From contig NMRA01000025.1 in NCBI GenBank assembly GCA_002633005.1, forward strand, positions 1,281,160-1,345,159: a DNA stretch of 64,000 bases. The letters are read 5' to 3'. The notes beneath the pieces are model-generated. The model was not told the DNA's origin, searched no databases, and was given only the letters and a program-made list of their open reading frames with translations. Position numbers and translations under genes: made by a program. Positions 51,537-64,000 of the stretch are shown here, piece by piece (within the stretch, counting starts at the first letter, position 1; each line of letters starts with the position of its first letter). The stretch is from Phoronis australis (taxonomy: Eukaryota > Animalia > Phoronida).

Positions 51537-51914
51537 ATGAAACTATTTAGGAACTTTTCGTCGTTAGTGCTGCGAAGTTGGTGCTGTGTTATAGCACTAA
51601 GTCTGGTTATACAAGTAGTCGTAGACGCATATCCAAGTCGTCAGTTCGTGAGTTGCAGGGACACTTGTTACAACGGCGGCACCATGTATGTGCCACGGTC
51701 CCCGTTCGGCTTCTGCCGCTGCAATTGTCTGGAATCGTTCCGAGGCAGATACTGTGAGCAGAGGCGATTTCACACTAGAAGCGTAGACGAGAGTGGCAAT
51801 TCGCAACAGAGCTCAACGGACAATGACGAGGTGGACCCTGCGTTTCATGGTGTCCTTGGAAAACTTACGAAAATTTTCGTACACACTCTCAAGACGAGAA
51901 GGCCGGAAAGCTAA
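51537..51914 (+). CDS. Intronless 125-aa secreted precursor with an atypical EGF-like domain
   Basis: Hydrophobic signal (..WCCVIALSLVIQVVVDA|YP), then CRDTCYNGGTMYVPRSPFGFCRCNCLESFRGRYCE (NGG and CxC...FxGxxC are EGF hallmarks), a basic RRFHTR|S site and an acidic tail. TATA box upstream. Confidence 0.8.
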   Translation: MKLFRNFSSLVLRSWCCVIALSLVIQVVVDAYPSRQFVSCRDTCYNGGTMYVPRSPFGFCRCNCLESFRGRYCEQRRFHTRSVDESGNSQQSSTDNDEVDPAFHGVLGKLTKIFVHTLKTRRPES

Positions 51915-52038
51915 TGCATAGTTCGTTTTAGGTATGTATTCTTCTAAATACGAGGCAGCAACTCCCCTATGTTGCATTCAATATAGATATTTGCAGTACA
52001 AATCAGGTGAATTAATTTCGGTTGTTGACAGCACTACT

Positions 52039-52302
52039 CATGCGCGCACTCAGCCTTCAACATGGGGGGGGGGGCTCGCATTCGTGGCCGATGTGGACCT
52101 TTTACTAACAAAATAGTCAATCTACTAAAAAAAAACAACAAAAAACAGTACCGCGGTCGGGGCTGTACGTGCTGCGAATTGTGCATTTGCGCCTTTTCGG
52201 TAGGCTTTCATCTCGTTTTCTCGGACTTTTTGTTTCTCTGGGGTGGACCTTTTTGCCCACTTCGCCAAATAGGGGGAGCCCCTCTCCCTGGGTGCGCGCA
52301 TG
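52039..52302. mobile_element. 264-bp CAT...ATG MITE with 5-bp TSD, ~125 nt downstream of the EGF-like ORF
   Basis: TIR CATGCGCGCACTCAG / CTGGGTGCGCGCATG, with CTACT on both flanks. Confidence 0.8.
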
Positions 52303-55300
52303 CTACTAGTACAGAATAACCCGCGTGTGATTCTAATATCTTTGAAAAATACAAGAAACCAAAAACAGAGCGTGCCGCAAATACTGTTCTAAAGGTGGGC
52401 TGATTTCAGTGTCACATTTTGAACTTTCGAGTGTCTATCGGTACCTGACCGCAGTAACGTTTTCCGTCTCGCTTATCTGAGATCTTTGACACATGAAAAA
52501 GTGTAGTGTTCCCTTAACGCACTGGTTGTAGAAGGATTACCATTCATACTATGGGTTACTTCCTATCTTGTCTTGATTTGGTCATTAACACATAATTAAG
52601 AGGTCTCGTAAATGGTAAAAAACGACGATTAATCATGATTCAAAAACCGATTACTTGTTATACCTTAATTAGATAACATATGTTACCTGGCTAGAACGAT
52701 TGATTTAAAGTCGGAGAGGCGTTTTGCAATCACTTTACCCTGAGTGTTAACAATGTATTAATGAAGACATTTAGCATGGGATCAGATGTTTTTAACTAAT
52801 TTACCATTCGGATTTTTTTCATTTGAGTTAATAACCAGAAAGAATATGTCTAATTTCGCCCATTTCGACAAACCACTTATAAAACTATACACGTTTCGGG
52901 CTTGGATTTGAAGATACGATTTTATTGAACGTGCTTATTTAGTAGAACAAGGTTTCGCTATTCACGAAAAGTTTTTCCCAATTTTCATGAGGATGTTGGT
53001 CTGGTCTCACAGGATGAGAATCAAACCACGTGATTCCTGCATGAGTGAAGTCGCTGCAAGTTCAATTTAGATTACATATAATAGAACGTCAGTCCATAGA
53101 TCAAATAGTGCGACGATATCCCACATAGAGAATGTGAGTTTGGTCATGTAGACGCCAACTAGAAGGTTCTACTGCTCTTTTGAATTATGAATTGATTTGT
53201 AGGCTACGGTCGTTAATGACAAGCGAACTCGTTGCCCTCGTGCTAAACTAGATGATGAATTGTAATTTAACAAGGCGAATAATCCTAAAATACACAGAAT
53301 GATTTTTATAAAGCAGTTAAGCTTGTGAAAGCTCTGTTTCAGAGCGCCATCTCACCCACTCAGACATATAAAAGAATGGGTTGATATTTCACAATGCCGT
53401 TATAATTTAAGTCATAAATGGCATGAAACTTAATGATGAGTGCAATTAAATCGTTTATTAATTTTAATTCCTAGAGTGGTCACCTTCTTTTTGGCTGCTT
53501 ATGCGACTTTATGTCGATCTTATTAAGTATGTTTTCACTCAAAGTGCAAGGGGCGATTAAGTTGCATAATACTTCGCGAGATCAAACTAGAAAGGATGGA
53601 GAAAGATGGTCCGATGTAGTGTGACGCAAGCACGCTGTCCTCAATCCAACTAAGGGTGAACGTGCGACCGAAGTTTTGGAATGTCTACTCTCTGCTGGCA
53701 AAGGTCCCTAGCCCGAGGCACGGTTTCGTGATATTTTACTCCCTGTTGTTGTCACAATAAAAGCCTTTCCATGCCATCCAAGATTATTTCTATAGTAAAG
53801 GTAAATGGGGCATGCAGTTCAGATGGTTTACTTTTTTGACAAAATTCATACGTTTGAGTGCCTTTTCCTGTTGCACTCCCTTTAAAAATGATTTACTTTG
53901 GGATTTCGAAATTCCACAAAAATTTTCTTTGTCCAACTGCAGGACTCAACAAAATTGTTCATTAGGCCTCACGGGAGGATTCTCTTGAAGTTTTGAGCCG
54001 TGCGGAGGATTTCCTGGTTAGATTTCTTATTACATTTTTGAGAGCGTGAGCCGTATTGTAGAAATTTTCCCCGCTCATATTTTGCGACACAGTGGATGAG
54101 CGCGACACAATAGTTTCTTGTTCGAAAATTCGCGACCGCTTCCGACATTATACATTTTCTATTGCACAACCGTAATTAGTTAATGAAGTCAAGATTGGAT
54201 ACCAATCAGTTCGATCGTATTAATATAATATATTTTAGTTTTTGTGCATATCCTAAATACGATTAAACTCATTAAGTCAACTTAGTTGTTCTGAGGAGCA
54301 GCGTGGGTTAACAGCAGTCACGTTATTAGCTAATTTCAAATTCATTTTAATAGATCTGATAATAAAATGACACATCTATGACAAGTGACATGTGATAATT
54401 AATCTTAAACGGTTGGAAATGTCATCGCGTCTGCTTCGTAATTCATCACCTCAAGCATGGCAAATTGTGTAAGTTATGCTGCAGCAACCGCCGACTGTCG
54501 CGATCCTCGAGCTGTTTTGCCAGATATTGTGATGTGCAACTCATTCATGGGCGCTTGCATGACCCACCCATAACAAGCATTATTAATGACAGTGAGACAC
54601 GAAATGAAATGAAAAAATGTGATGCTTGCAGTGCCTGCGACCTCCTCTGCACTGGATTCCAAGAGGCAGTTGACATATAGCAGGCGTTTTGACTGTAAGG
54701 TATCTCGTAATATGCACATGTTTTTAACACAGTGATACATTAAAATGCTCCTGAACAATAAGTTTTGCAAGAAAATTTACAGAAATCTTGAATAGAAACA
54801 CGATTTGTAAAACTTTTTGTCACACAATCCAATGAAGAAACTATAAAACAAATACTAAGAATAAAGCTTGTCTATGTTCAAATTAGAAAAAAATAATAGT
54901 CCGGTTGTTGGGAAGCAACGCTGCCTTGGTAAGCTATGGAATAAAATAACATTTAAGATAAATTATTTCGATTTGGTGCTTTGGTAAAAATCATTGAAGT
55001 TTTTCATGACAGGTACATAATCGTGAATCGGGTCACATGACATTCGTCGCCATGAAGAAAATTTTACCCTATTCATTAACCTGTAGGAATAACAGCACAA
55101 TTTGGACTGTCCAGGACTTAGCATAACGTATATCATATAGAGGCTAGCACGCTACGTTTACAGCAGAGGAGTCCTAGACAACCTGACCTTTCGCCACGTC
55201 CCAGTCTCAAACCTTTTGTCAAGGTCTTTTGTCCTAACCACCTCAGGTCGCATCATCTGTCGCGGTTGGCGGTGTGACGTCACATTTTTTACAGGTCAAT

Positions 55301-58300
55301 CGCCTGAACCGATTCCCTACAGGTCAAAAGACGTGTCGTTGGGGCGCCCACACGGTGCAATGCGACAATTAAAACTGTTTAAAGTACGTCACGTCCAAAT
55401 CTTGTCTGGCACGATGTACTAATAAACCGTGCCTCGGATACACATAACTTAGCTATCGTGAAGTCTATGACGCGCTAATTGTCACGTTTAACAACAAACC
55501 AGATGTACTGATATTGTTTCAAGCAGCTAAAACAATATGTTAACAATGGGAGTTTACATTGTCGAAGACATGGCATCAGATTGAGGCGAACCCAGTAGGT
55601 GGTCACGGTTGCGGACATCACGTAGTAACCCGGTGCGGAAGTCCGCGAGAGATAGGTCAATGTCATTGCGAGTGATTTGCGTTGTAAATTGATGAACCTT
55701 TGATCAGATTTCAATAGGTGTCACTTCAAGTGTCATCGGCAGTTGGCCGCTACATACGTCAAAATTTGACAGTTGTCTTATATCAGAAAGTCTAGTTTGA
55801 CTGGACTGGATATTTTCTTAATTTTACCATGATTCGTCACTTTCGTCCTTGATTTTTATCTTTAACTTGGCGTAAATGAAAGCCCAGTAGCGATACGACT
55901 CAACATGATTTCCGTTTTCTTGCCACTTCGCTTTTTGAATGTTGATGTGTTTACTAACCACATCGTTTCTTCTTTACAGCAGTAACCGTGACGCATTCCT
56001 TGGAGACGAATCTCAGTTCCGGCCACACGGGCCTTCGCAATCTCTAACACAGACTCCTGTGCCGGCGATTCTCGTCGCTTCTTCAATGCGTTCGACATGG
56101 TCATGGATGGCGAAGATAAATTGTTCCGACGAAAGATGTTGAAGTGTCCAGTCTAGATGCATATCACAGCTTACTCATCAAACCCAATTACGTCCACGAA
56201 GAAAATATTTAAGGATGGTCAAATTCGCATTAATATCTACTCACCTAATGATAATGAACTCGGGTTGACAGGCTGTTGCTTTTGAATGACTGTTATCGGC
56301 GGAACATGTCGTCGTTAACACCACTTATGTCTAAGCTTGCGTCATTTTGCAATTAGCCAACACTTGCCGATGCTCATTTCTCATCAGGTGGTGTTACCAA
56401 GAGTGATTTTTTTACTCTGCCCTTGAAAATATCAAAACCTCTCCCTAAAGTTTATTCACTACTTGCAAACTTTGGTGGCGCTACAAAAATGATTGTTGTG
56501 CATTGTTGTTTAGGGCACAATGCCTCGTTTTAGAATCTATTTTAACAACGAAACGTGAAAGCACGCGTGTTCCAAACATGTCGAACCGTTGTAGTTTGGA
56601 CACAACACCTCGTTTTCAAGCATAATGGCGAATCCGTGCAAGTAGACAATAAATAGGAGGTGATTCTATTTGTGATGATGCGTCTTAACATTCCATATTC
56701 GGTCGTTACGTTGCCGCAAATGATGGGAAGGTTCAAGTGTTTTATTTATTGAGAGTGTTTTCAGATCTGAATCAGTCTATTTACCGATTATTTATTATTG
56801 TGTATTGGATTGATATGCATTTAAGCATATCGCGTTAGTTTATTTACTCTTTCCACTCTGATAATATCCATTAACAATTCCATGTCGTTGTGGTCGTTCT
56901 CATTTTGTTCGCAGATTTTCAGTTATACATGAGACAAGTCGTGGATGGAGAGAGTAGGTTTTACATGGTGCTTCAATTTTTTGCAACCAAGTTCTCGTTA
57001 GCCAGGTCTTAGCATCTTGCAAAGATATCTGGCGACTGTTCTGTACGCTCGTTTGACTTCCTTTCATTTGCAAATTTTCTTAAAAGGAATTTGTCTGCAA
57101 CCATATTTAGTTTAATCTGTTAGCCAAATGATGTTCTTTCAACTGACACGTAACCACTTGTTTTCAAAATGACTAAAATTCGATATGAAATTTTCGAAAT
57201 ATTTTTTAATTTCTGAAGCTACATTGATAGAATGACCGTCACAGCTGTACGGCATTGAACTTCAATTTTCACGATTTGCCAGTAAAATGCGCAATTACAA
57301 GCAGTGCTTCAACTTACGAAATGTTCCTATTTTAGAGATGACTCTCGACTGTTGCAATTCTTTCTGTGTGCTAAACTGGTGAAAATAAAGAAAAGAGCGT
57401 ATTTTGAGACTGGTTGCATCTTGGTGTTTGAATTGGTTTCTTTAATTTACATTTTGAACTGATAACCTGTATTGTAGTGCAGTTAGCTGGAATTAGTGCT
57501 TGTAATCTAAACCGCACACTGTATGTAAACCTGGAGCGGACATGAATACGTGACCTAACTTACGCATTGTGGTCTTCGCTCAGTAAAAGTAGACCAATGT
57601 TACCTTACGTCGCAAAATCATATTGAGTCGAGGAATATGTTTCACACTAAATATGTGTTTAGTTGTATCAATAATGGAAATGTTCCTTAGTTTTAGTTAA
57701 ATTAACGTATGTGCATGATTCCATGTTATTTATTGCTATAGAGTTTATGTTATGGTTATTTTATTTATTAGAAATGCATTTCTTTCTTTGGAAATGATAC
57801 GGTAGATTGTTTTATTTTGAGAGCAACACGGCAAATGCAGATTGAAAGTTTGTAGACTACAATGAACGTGCAATTGGTCAACAGGAAGAAAAGTTTTCGG
57901 GTTTATATAAAAAATGATCGAAAGATCGACTGCAGCTAATTAGCGAAAAGTCCTGCAAAATTACTCCCAGTTGCAAACCTTTTCCGATTTTTTCAGACTG
58001 AACTAATTTCAGGAAGAACTCGAATACGCCGCTACTAAGCGCAAGTAACAAGCTATTTTGGCACACTTTTAATTTATAAAAGTGTATACGCTCTGCAGAT
58101 ATGAAACACGGGCAATTTTGACTTCAGACAGGCCAATATTTCGTGAAATGATGGATAAAGACAGAAAAACACCACAACAGCAAACATCTCTGTAATACCT
58201 CTTTGTCACTAGTCGAGTGACAAGTGATGTGGCGAAACTACATTCATTTAGTTTTTAAACCAACAGTAACGCATTATCTTACTTAGATCCGGTCAGATTA

Positions 58301-59876
58301 TCTCCACGTGATCAGACGTGATATTTTCAGGTGAAAAAAGTATGACATTATTTTGTCATTTCGCATATGAAGCCCAATGTAAAGCGATCATTTCTGCTTT
58401 TAATAGCTGCTTCTATTCTGTAAAACTGTCTCTTCGGCAATCTATTTTTGAGCAGACCCACGAAATGTCATCGATTTCCACAACAAGCTGTTTGGCAGTT
58501 CCAGGTGAACCGACTCTAGGACGAGACGGTCTCACTACCTAGTGAAAGGAACTGAACTCCCTAACACACCATCTTTCGGTTGGAAATGAGATATTTTTCC
58601 GTTTGGCTTGGAGGTCATTTGTTAAGATACCGATTATTATTTTGTAATTGTAATACTGATGAGAAACTTAATCATTTCTTTGGGTCGTCATGTCCTTCAG
58701 GTTATCTCATTTGAGCCTAGATGGCAAGTAATTCGAGAGTGCAACAGCTTCCGGGATCTATGACATCTGCCACATTTAATAACGAATTGCGTCGCTAAAG
58801 GTCTTTTCGATTGCACTTGTTTTACACGTACTGACCGGGAACACTCCTTTCTTCACTTAAGTTTTCCAGTTTGCCGAGGAGTTGTGCCGCATCACGAAGT
58901 GTTAGCAAAATGTGCACCGCTCAAGTCTGTAAATACATACTAGGCTCTAGCTCGACCATATGTTTCTGTGAAGTCCCCATCACCGCCATCTCCTGAGAAT
59001 CATAATCCTATTACCGATGCACGAAATCAAATTGTTTGCAATTTATTTTAGAAGATAACACATTTACACAGTTACAATCATGTTACAAGAAATATTTTGG
59101 GGAAAGTTACCGATCCCCCCTATTTCTCAACAGCTAACACCAATGAAGAACCTAATTGAAGAAAATGGTACAAAAATCTAGAAGCGAGGGAAATTTCAAT
59201 GTTTTGCGCAGAACAACAAACATGTCCGTTGATTCTGATTTGGGTGTGATCCCATGTAACGTGATTCGTAGTCTGAAGTTAACATTACTCTATGGGGAAC
59301 TAGTCGAAACGAGCCCATTTAGCAAGAAATCTACGATCTAATTTATCTACGAATTCTAACATTTTTTACTATTAATTCTTTGAATTTTTCTGAGAAAATT
59401 TGTATTCAATTGCTGCTCAATGATATCAATTACTAACCGTTACCAGATGTGAAGCACAATAGTGCTCTACTCGAGTGACTGTGAGCAATGGGCCCGGCAA
59501 TCACGGCCCACCTTTATCAGCTAGTTGAAAATACGCCAGCTGAGATCATAAAAACACACTTTTCATGTTTAAACTGTTTTAATACATCGGTTAACCTTAT
59601 CTTTGGTTGAACAAGAAAGAACCAGATATCGGAGTAGTTCATCAGATTATAATACACGAATCTACGGTTTCTGGTTGAGCATTAGTTGCTCATGCGCAGT
59701 CATGTGGTAAAGTAAACAAGCTGGAGTGCGTAAAGTAAGGCCAGGACCTAGCTAAAATCTAACCAAAGTCATGGCGATATCTCACGTAAGTCTTGCTTTC
59801 TAGGGAGGTCCTAGCGTAATTGAACGGGAGGCTGGTTTTTACATTGCGCTCCATGGGTTACGAACAATAAAATGCA

Positions 59877-60030
59877 GGGTAGAGTTCAGTAACGCTAGGA
59901 CCTACGCTAGGACCTCGCTAAAATCTAGTAGCCAAATCACGTGTTCTCATTTAAAATACACGACAATATCTCACATAATCTCGTGAAGTCTTGCATTTTA
60001 GCGAGGACCTAGCGTTACCGAACTCTACCC
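59877..60030. mobile_element. MITE with ~27-bp TIRs; degenerate relative at ~59720-59835
   Basis: GGGTAGAGTTCAGTAACGCTAGGACC ... GGACCTAGCGTTACCGAACTCTACCC. Confidence 0.7.
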
Positions 60031-61668
60031 ATATTTCTCTTAATAGTGAGTAGATGGCGAAACGGCGTCCACCACCAAGATCTTGAATTTATAATTAGAC
60101 AGAGTAAACACGTGGGCTTCCCATGGACGGGCTAGTAATACCTGTTTATAAGTAGATTTGTCATATGACATCGACGAGATTGTCATACGTTTGCTGTTAT
60201 CGCATTCTCAAAATATTAAACATGATCACAAACTCATTTTTTTATCTTGATAATCACCTGTGCGTATTTAAAATGCCTTATGATTTTAGTATAAATCCAG
60301 TAATTTGCAAGGCCAGTCACGTTTTCACAAAACAACACCCACTTTGAAATCAAAACGTGCAACAAATGAAAGTGCAGCGAAAACTAGGAGTGGAGGGTGT
60401 GCGACTATATTTTGACGGGGGTTGCATTTAAAAAATAAGGATACTCACCATTTTAAAAAATGCACCCGAAAAAGGGACTCATTTGTTTCCACAAGAAGTC
60501 ACCTTTTTGTAGGATTTGGTTGCAGAAATACCGGTCCTTTGTATAAATCTATTTCGTAATTCTTAAACGGCTGAATTTTTAACCCATTGAACCTGAAAGG
60601 GTACAAAAATCGAAGAGGTGCACTGTTGTTGAAAAAATAAAAGAAATATTGGAAATCTGTCTGTAGATTTTAGTTGTTGGAAAACGGAAATTTTTACAGT
60701 GTTTCGAGCTCTTAAAGTGAACCCCTTTAGTCTTATATGTACTTCGTCACAGGAATTTTTGCGGAAAATGCACCCTTTCTCTTAGAAACCTCTCGTGAAA
60801 AGTGGGATCTTTCTGAGCAGCACGTCATGTTTCACTCTACAATTCTTCAATGGAATTACACACCCCCTAGAGTGAACCAAAACATCCCTCAGATACGCAC
60901 TATGGAATGCGCCACGTGTTGTGTTTAACTAGCTTAAAGCGACTACCAATCTTGGCTGTGAAAAAATAACTTTTGATTTAGATCACAACTTGTTAGATGA
61001 GGACTGATTCCTGGGCTGTGGAAGTACCCAAAGTTAATCGGAAGTGTTTGCTACCATGCTGAGCGGCGCATAAACTGACACGCCGTAACAAGCTTAGCTT
61101 ATCGAGCCTGAACCGTCAGTTCCTCCGAAACACAAGAATCATCTCTAAGCCCAGTAAGAAACAAGTTAAGACAGGTGTCTATCGTATGAAAGTGACTTTC
61201 GGTTTCAATCAGAAATTTTGTCTTGTGCTCCAAAAACTATTTATGGAATTGATTAATCTCGCTTTAACAAAAATACACTGAGAATATACCCATAATATGT
61301 AGTTACTAAAATTATTTCTAGGTTGTGGTGTGCTGTTAATTACATTCAGTTTTAACGCAAGTCAGTTCAGTCGAAATTTAAAGACAAAATAACGCCCATT
61401 CAACACAACTCCTAATAGTTTCAAACTTAAAGTGTACACAACATGACTCTAGTACCTCAAAATAAATGTTATTATTATATCTTATTTGATTTCAGTGTCT
61501 TTAGTGCACAGCTCATAAAGAAACACGCAAAAATTGAAAAAAATAATAATTATGTACAACGTCATGGGTTGAACCCAAGTCGTTCGCCATACTGTTCGGA
61601 TCAGAGACAAAGTGTACAGAGTGAAGTGAAAGCAAAGTACATTTAGTGTCGAGAAGGTTCGTAAAGGG

Positions 61669-61905
61669 ATCAAAAGATGTGTTTCCGGAGGCTGCAGCAA
61701 CACCAGCCAGGCGGAGAACGTCTCGGTGTTCCGAAGGACACCAAAGTTGCGCAGAAGTGGCATCGCTTCGTGCGCTGAACGAGAGTGTGGGACCTCATCG
61801 TGGACCAAGCGATTCGGTCCGGGGCCACTCTGTGTTCTGCCCACAGGCTTTGAGGACTCGTGTTTCGACTCCAGTCACAGCCGGGAGATGTTACGATGAA
61901 GGCCG
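61669..61905 (+). pseudogene. Decayed THAP exon 1 of the Kolobok-type transposase
   Basis: Aligns by eye to 3299-3535. The ATG is lost (ATC) and there are indels and a stop. Confidence 0.75.
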
Positions 61906-61929
61906 GGTTCAATAAAGGACAATATTTAT

Positions 61930-62197
61930 CATTCAGAAACATCGGCTCTTAATTCAGGATCGTCTGTTGGATGACTGGGTTGACTCGCCGAGCCCGAGGC
62001 CGCTTCTCTCGCTGGAGGATCCAGTTCGTAAGGCTCAAAGTAGAAAAGTACGCAGCCGGAAGCACATCAAACTTGTTCTCGCTTTCGTGCAACCCCATTT
62101 CCTCATCCTGGCCATCATTCCCGTACGTTTCTTCATAGTATTCATTCAATTCTTGCTCATAATCGTCGTCGCTTTCAAATTCACTGCTCTCAGCCAT
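61930..62197 (-). pseudogene. First exon of a KolX-like (P2X7 ballast-related) second transposon gene, frameshifted
   Basis: MAESSEFESDDDYEQE...; after one frameshift it reads YFEPYELDPP...PELRADVSE-TG|ataaat. The last codon is a probable Trp split by a mutated donor. This resembles the acidic/FEP...R...W-C-x-C start of KolX-type proteins (inference). Confidence 0.45.
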
Positions 62198-62429
62198 TGT
62201 TCAATGCTAGTCACTGATCTCTTGTGTTCAACCCATGACGTCACATGGCGGGAAATGTGAAAATTGGCAAAATTGAAAGAAAAATCAAAATTTCGAGCTA
62301 ATTACACAAAATAAACATGGGTTTAGCTAAATTTTACGTCATACATTTAAGCTGTGGCCACCGGTAATTCAAAATGTGCAAAAATCCATAGTGTGTACTG
62401 TTTAAGTCCTAGAACGAACACGTTTTTAA

Positions 62430-62760
62430 CCCTTATTAAATGGTTAGAAGATATTATAAGGAACCACGCAGTACTTATCCCATAACCAATACAGAATCCT
62501 AAGTCGAAGAAAGTTTAAATAAACGAGTCACTCACGATTCCGACCCGGTCGAAGATCACACCGCCATTTTGAACTAACCGCGAAACCGGAAGTACAATTC
62601 ATTCAGGAACCCAGGCTAAGTATACGCCGGTTGTGCGACTGGAGCAGCGTCTGTTAGCCTGCAAACGGGGATAAAATAATCGATAGTGGACCTCAACTTT
62701 CATGAAACCAAAATAGGGACAACTTGTACTCAAAATGTTGACAAAATGTGGCAAATAAAT
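62430..62760. mobile_element. Second copy of the piggyBac-like end seen at 42249
   Basis: TTAA|CCCTTATTAAATGGTTAGAAG... shares CCGGAAGTACAATTCATTCAGGAACCCAGGC with ~42400-42430. Confidence 0.55.
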
Positions 62761-63633
62761 TTTGACAGAAATTATTTTGCCGAGCTCGGACCTGCAGCCG
62801 AGACCGGTGCAGACCGATCGAGACCACTTGCACTGACAAAAGACGAAGGCATGCCGTCCCCTGGCTGTTTTATCGGAATAAATGGTTTAAATTATGAATG
62901 CCGTATACATAAAAAGATAGTTTCCGACACTTGTATAAAATTACGGACTAGTAACAATCCTGCGACAACGACTGAATAACAACAGGGCCGACTATGGAGG
63001 GCTAGGCCAAGCGTGTTTTACTGGGTTTAATTAACTCTGGTAAACAAACAGTATAAGCAGAACAACGAACATGCAACATTAAATTATTGAAAAAACTGCT
63101 ATACAGTTACAATATCCTGATAGTCAAACTTGCGTAAATATGGAAAATATTAAGACGCGACTTCGCTACGGCCGGGCGGCTGACTGCCAAGAGAATACCA
63201 TTTGTTGGCGAAATAATTTCAGGTAGAAAACTTGCCATGATGCCAAATGGTATTATATATGTATTAATGAGTTTAAAGTAAAAGGAATAATTCCCACTTT
63301 AATTAGTCAGAAACATTCGTATTACGCTGCTAGCCGGCGGAGCCGGACCGCCTGGCCTGCCGTGCGCGGACATCTGTGCTCCGCGGGGCAAGATGAAAAT
63401 ATTAATTAGCTACCTGGTCCTTAATGAGTGAAATTCCTGTGAAAAAGATATTAAAAAGATACTGCGTAGTGCTCCTAACACTGCAATATTTTCCCATCGC
63501 CGACATTCAGCTCATTGAGTAAAATTCACTACACTACCCCCGCCCCGGTTTGCGCCGCAGAATTTTTATATTTTGACAACATAGGTATATATTCTAAGTT
63601 TTTTGTGAGGTTTAAAAATATATTTACCAAGTG

Positions 63634-63680
63634 ATTATTTTCCCGGCGAAGAGTCACGACGACTGCAAGCCGGGGAATAA
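63634..63680. mobile_element. Possible terminal palindrome of another Helentron-type element
   Basis: TTATTTTCCCGGC ... GCCGGGGAATAA hairpin. Confidence 0.25.
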
Positions 63681-64000
63681 CCGGTACTTCTTCGATTACT
63701 ATGTCCTGTCAGCAAAATTAAGCAAAGATATGGAGGTCACTGTATTGAGATAAAACTTATCTTTATTTGTCGAAACATCGCCGTGTGTGGATGATTTTTT
63801 TCTATTTTATATTTTTAACGGCCAGTAAAGCCGGTGCCGATTTGCTGCCAATTACGCACTGCGCTCACACGTCCGGGTAGTCACCGTTATGGAGTAGGGC
63901 TTCTATACGTTTCTAGTTTTCTTCTAGAACCCAAGTTTTATCAAAGTTATGAATTTAGAGCCTAAGGACTCATCTTGTGCAAACCATGCTATTCTGTATA

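Larger units (their letters stand above)
61431..62401. mobile_element. 971-bp internally deleted Kolobok-type element, both ends present
   Basis: Flanked by TTAA (61427-61430, 62402-62405). Imperfect TIR AGTGTACACAACATG vs revcomp ACAGTACACACTATG (11/15). Perfect 16-bp subterminal inverted repeat ACGTCATGGGTTGAAC (61559-61574 / 62226-62241). The left ~470 bp are homologous to 3062-3535. Confidence 0.8.

Overview
AT-rich, intron-rich eukaryotic genomic DNA from a draft assembly (one 635-nt gap, several single-N junctions). It is most likely a marine invertebrate; this is inferred from the repeat types and vertebrate-like intron positions. There are three intact-looking host genes. (1) A 9-exon KDSR (3-ketodihydrosphingosine reductase, + strand, 21124-29952). 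(2) Head-to-head with it, a 4-exon, 150-aa type-I membrane protein with one canonical EF-hand (- strand, 20764-16239). (3) An intronless, TATA-driven secreted peptide precursor with an atypical EGF-like module (+, 51537-51914), lying in a long stretch with no other recognisable host gene. The window also holds an orphan Cys-loop (nAChR-like) TM1-TM2 exon and a few unassigned exons. The rest is mainly mobile DNA. A spliced THAP-DDE (Kolobok-type) transposase remnant at 3062-7603 has an internally deleted sister copy at 61431-62401, which keeps both ends and the start of a convergent KolX-like gene. Helentron-type non-autonomous elements are present, and two of them carry regularly spaced CTCF-like motifs in convergent orientation around the KDSR/EF-hand pair. 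There are also CA...TG MITEs with 5-bp target duplications, Penelope-like remnants, and minisatellites. Two near-identical duplications at N junctions are probably assembly or haplotype artefacts. All calls are by-eye; no database searches were run.
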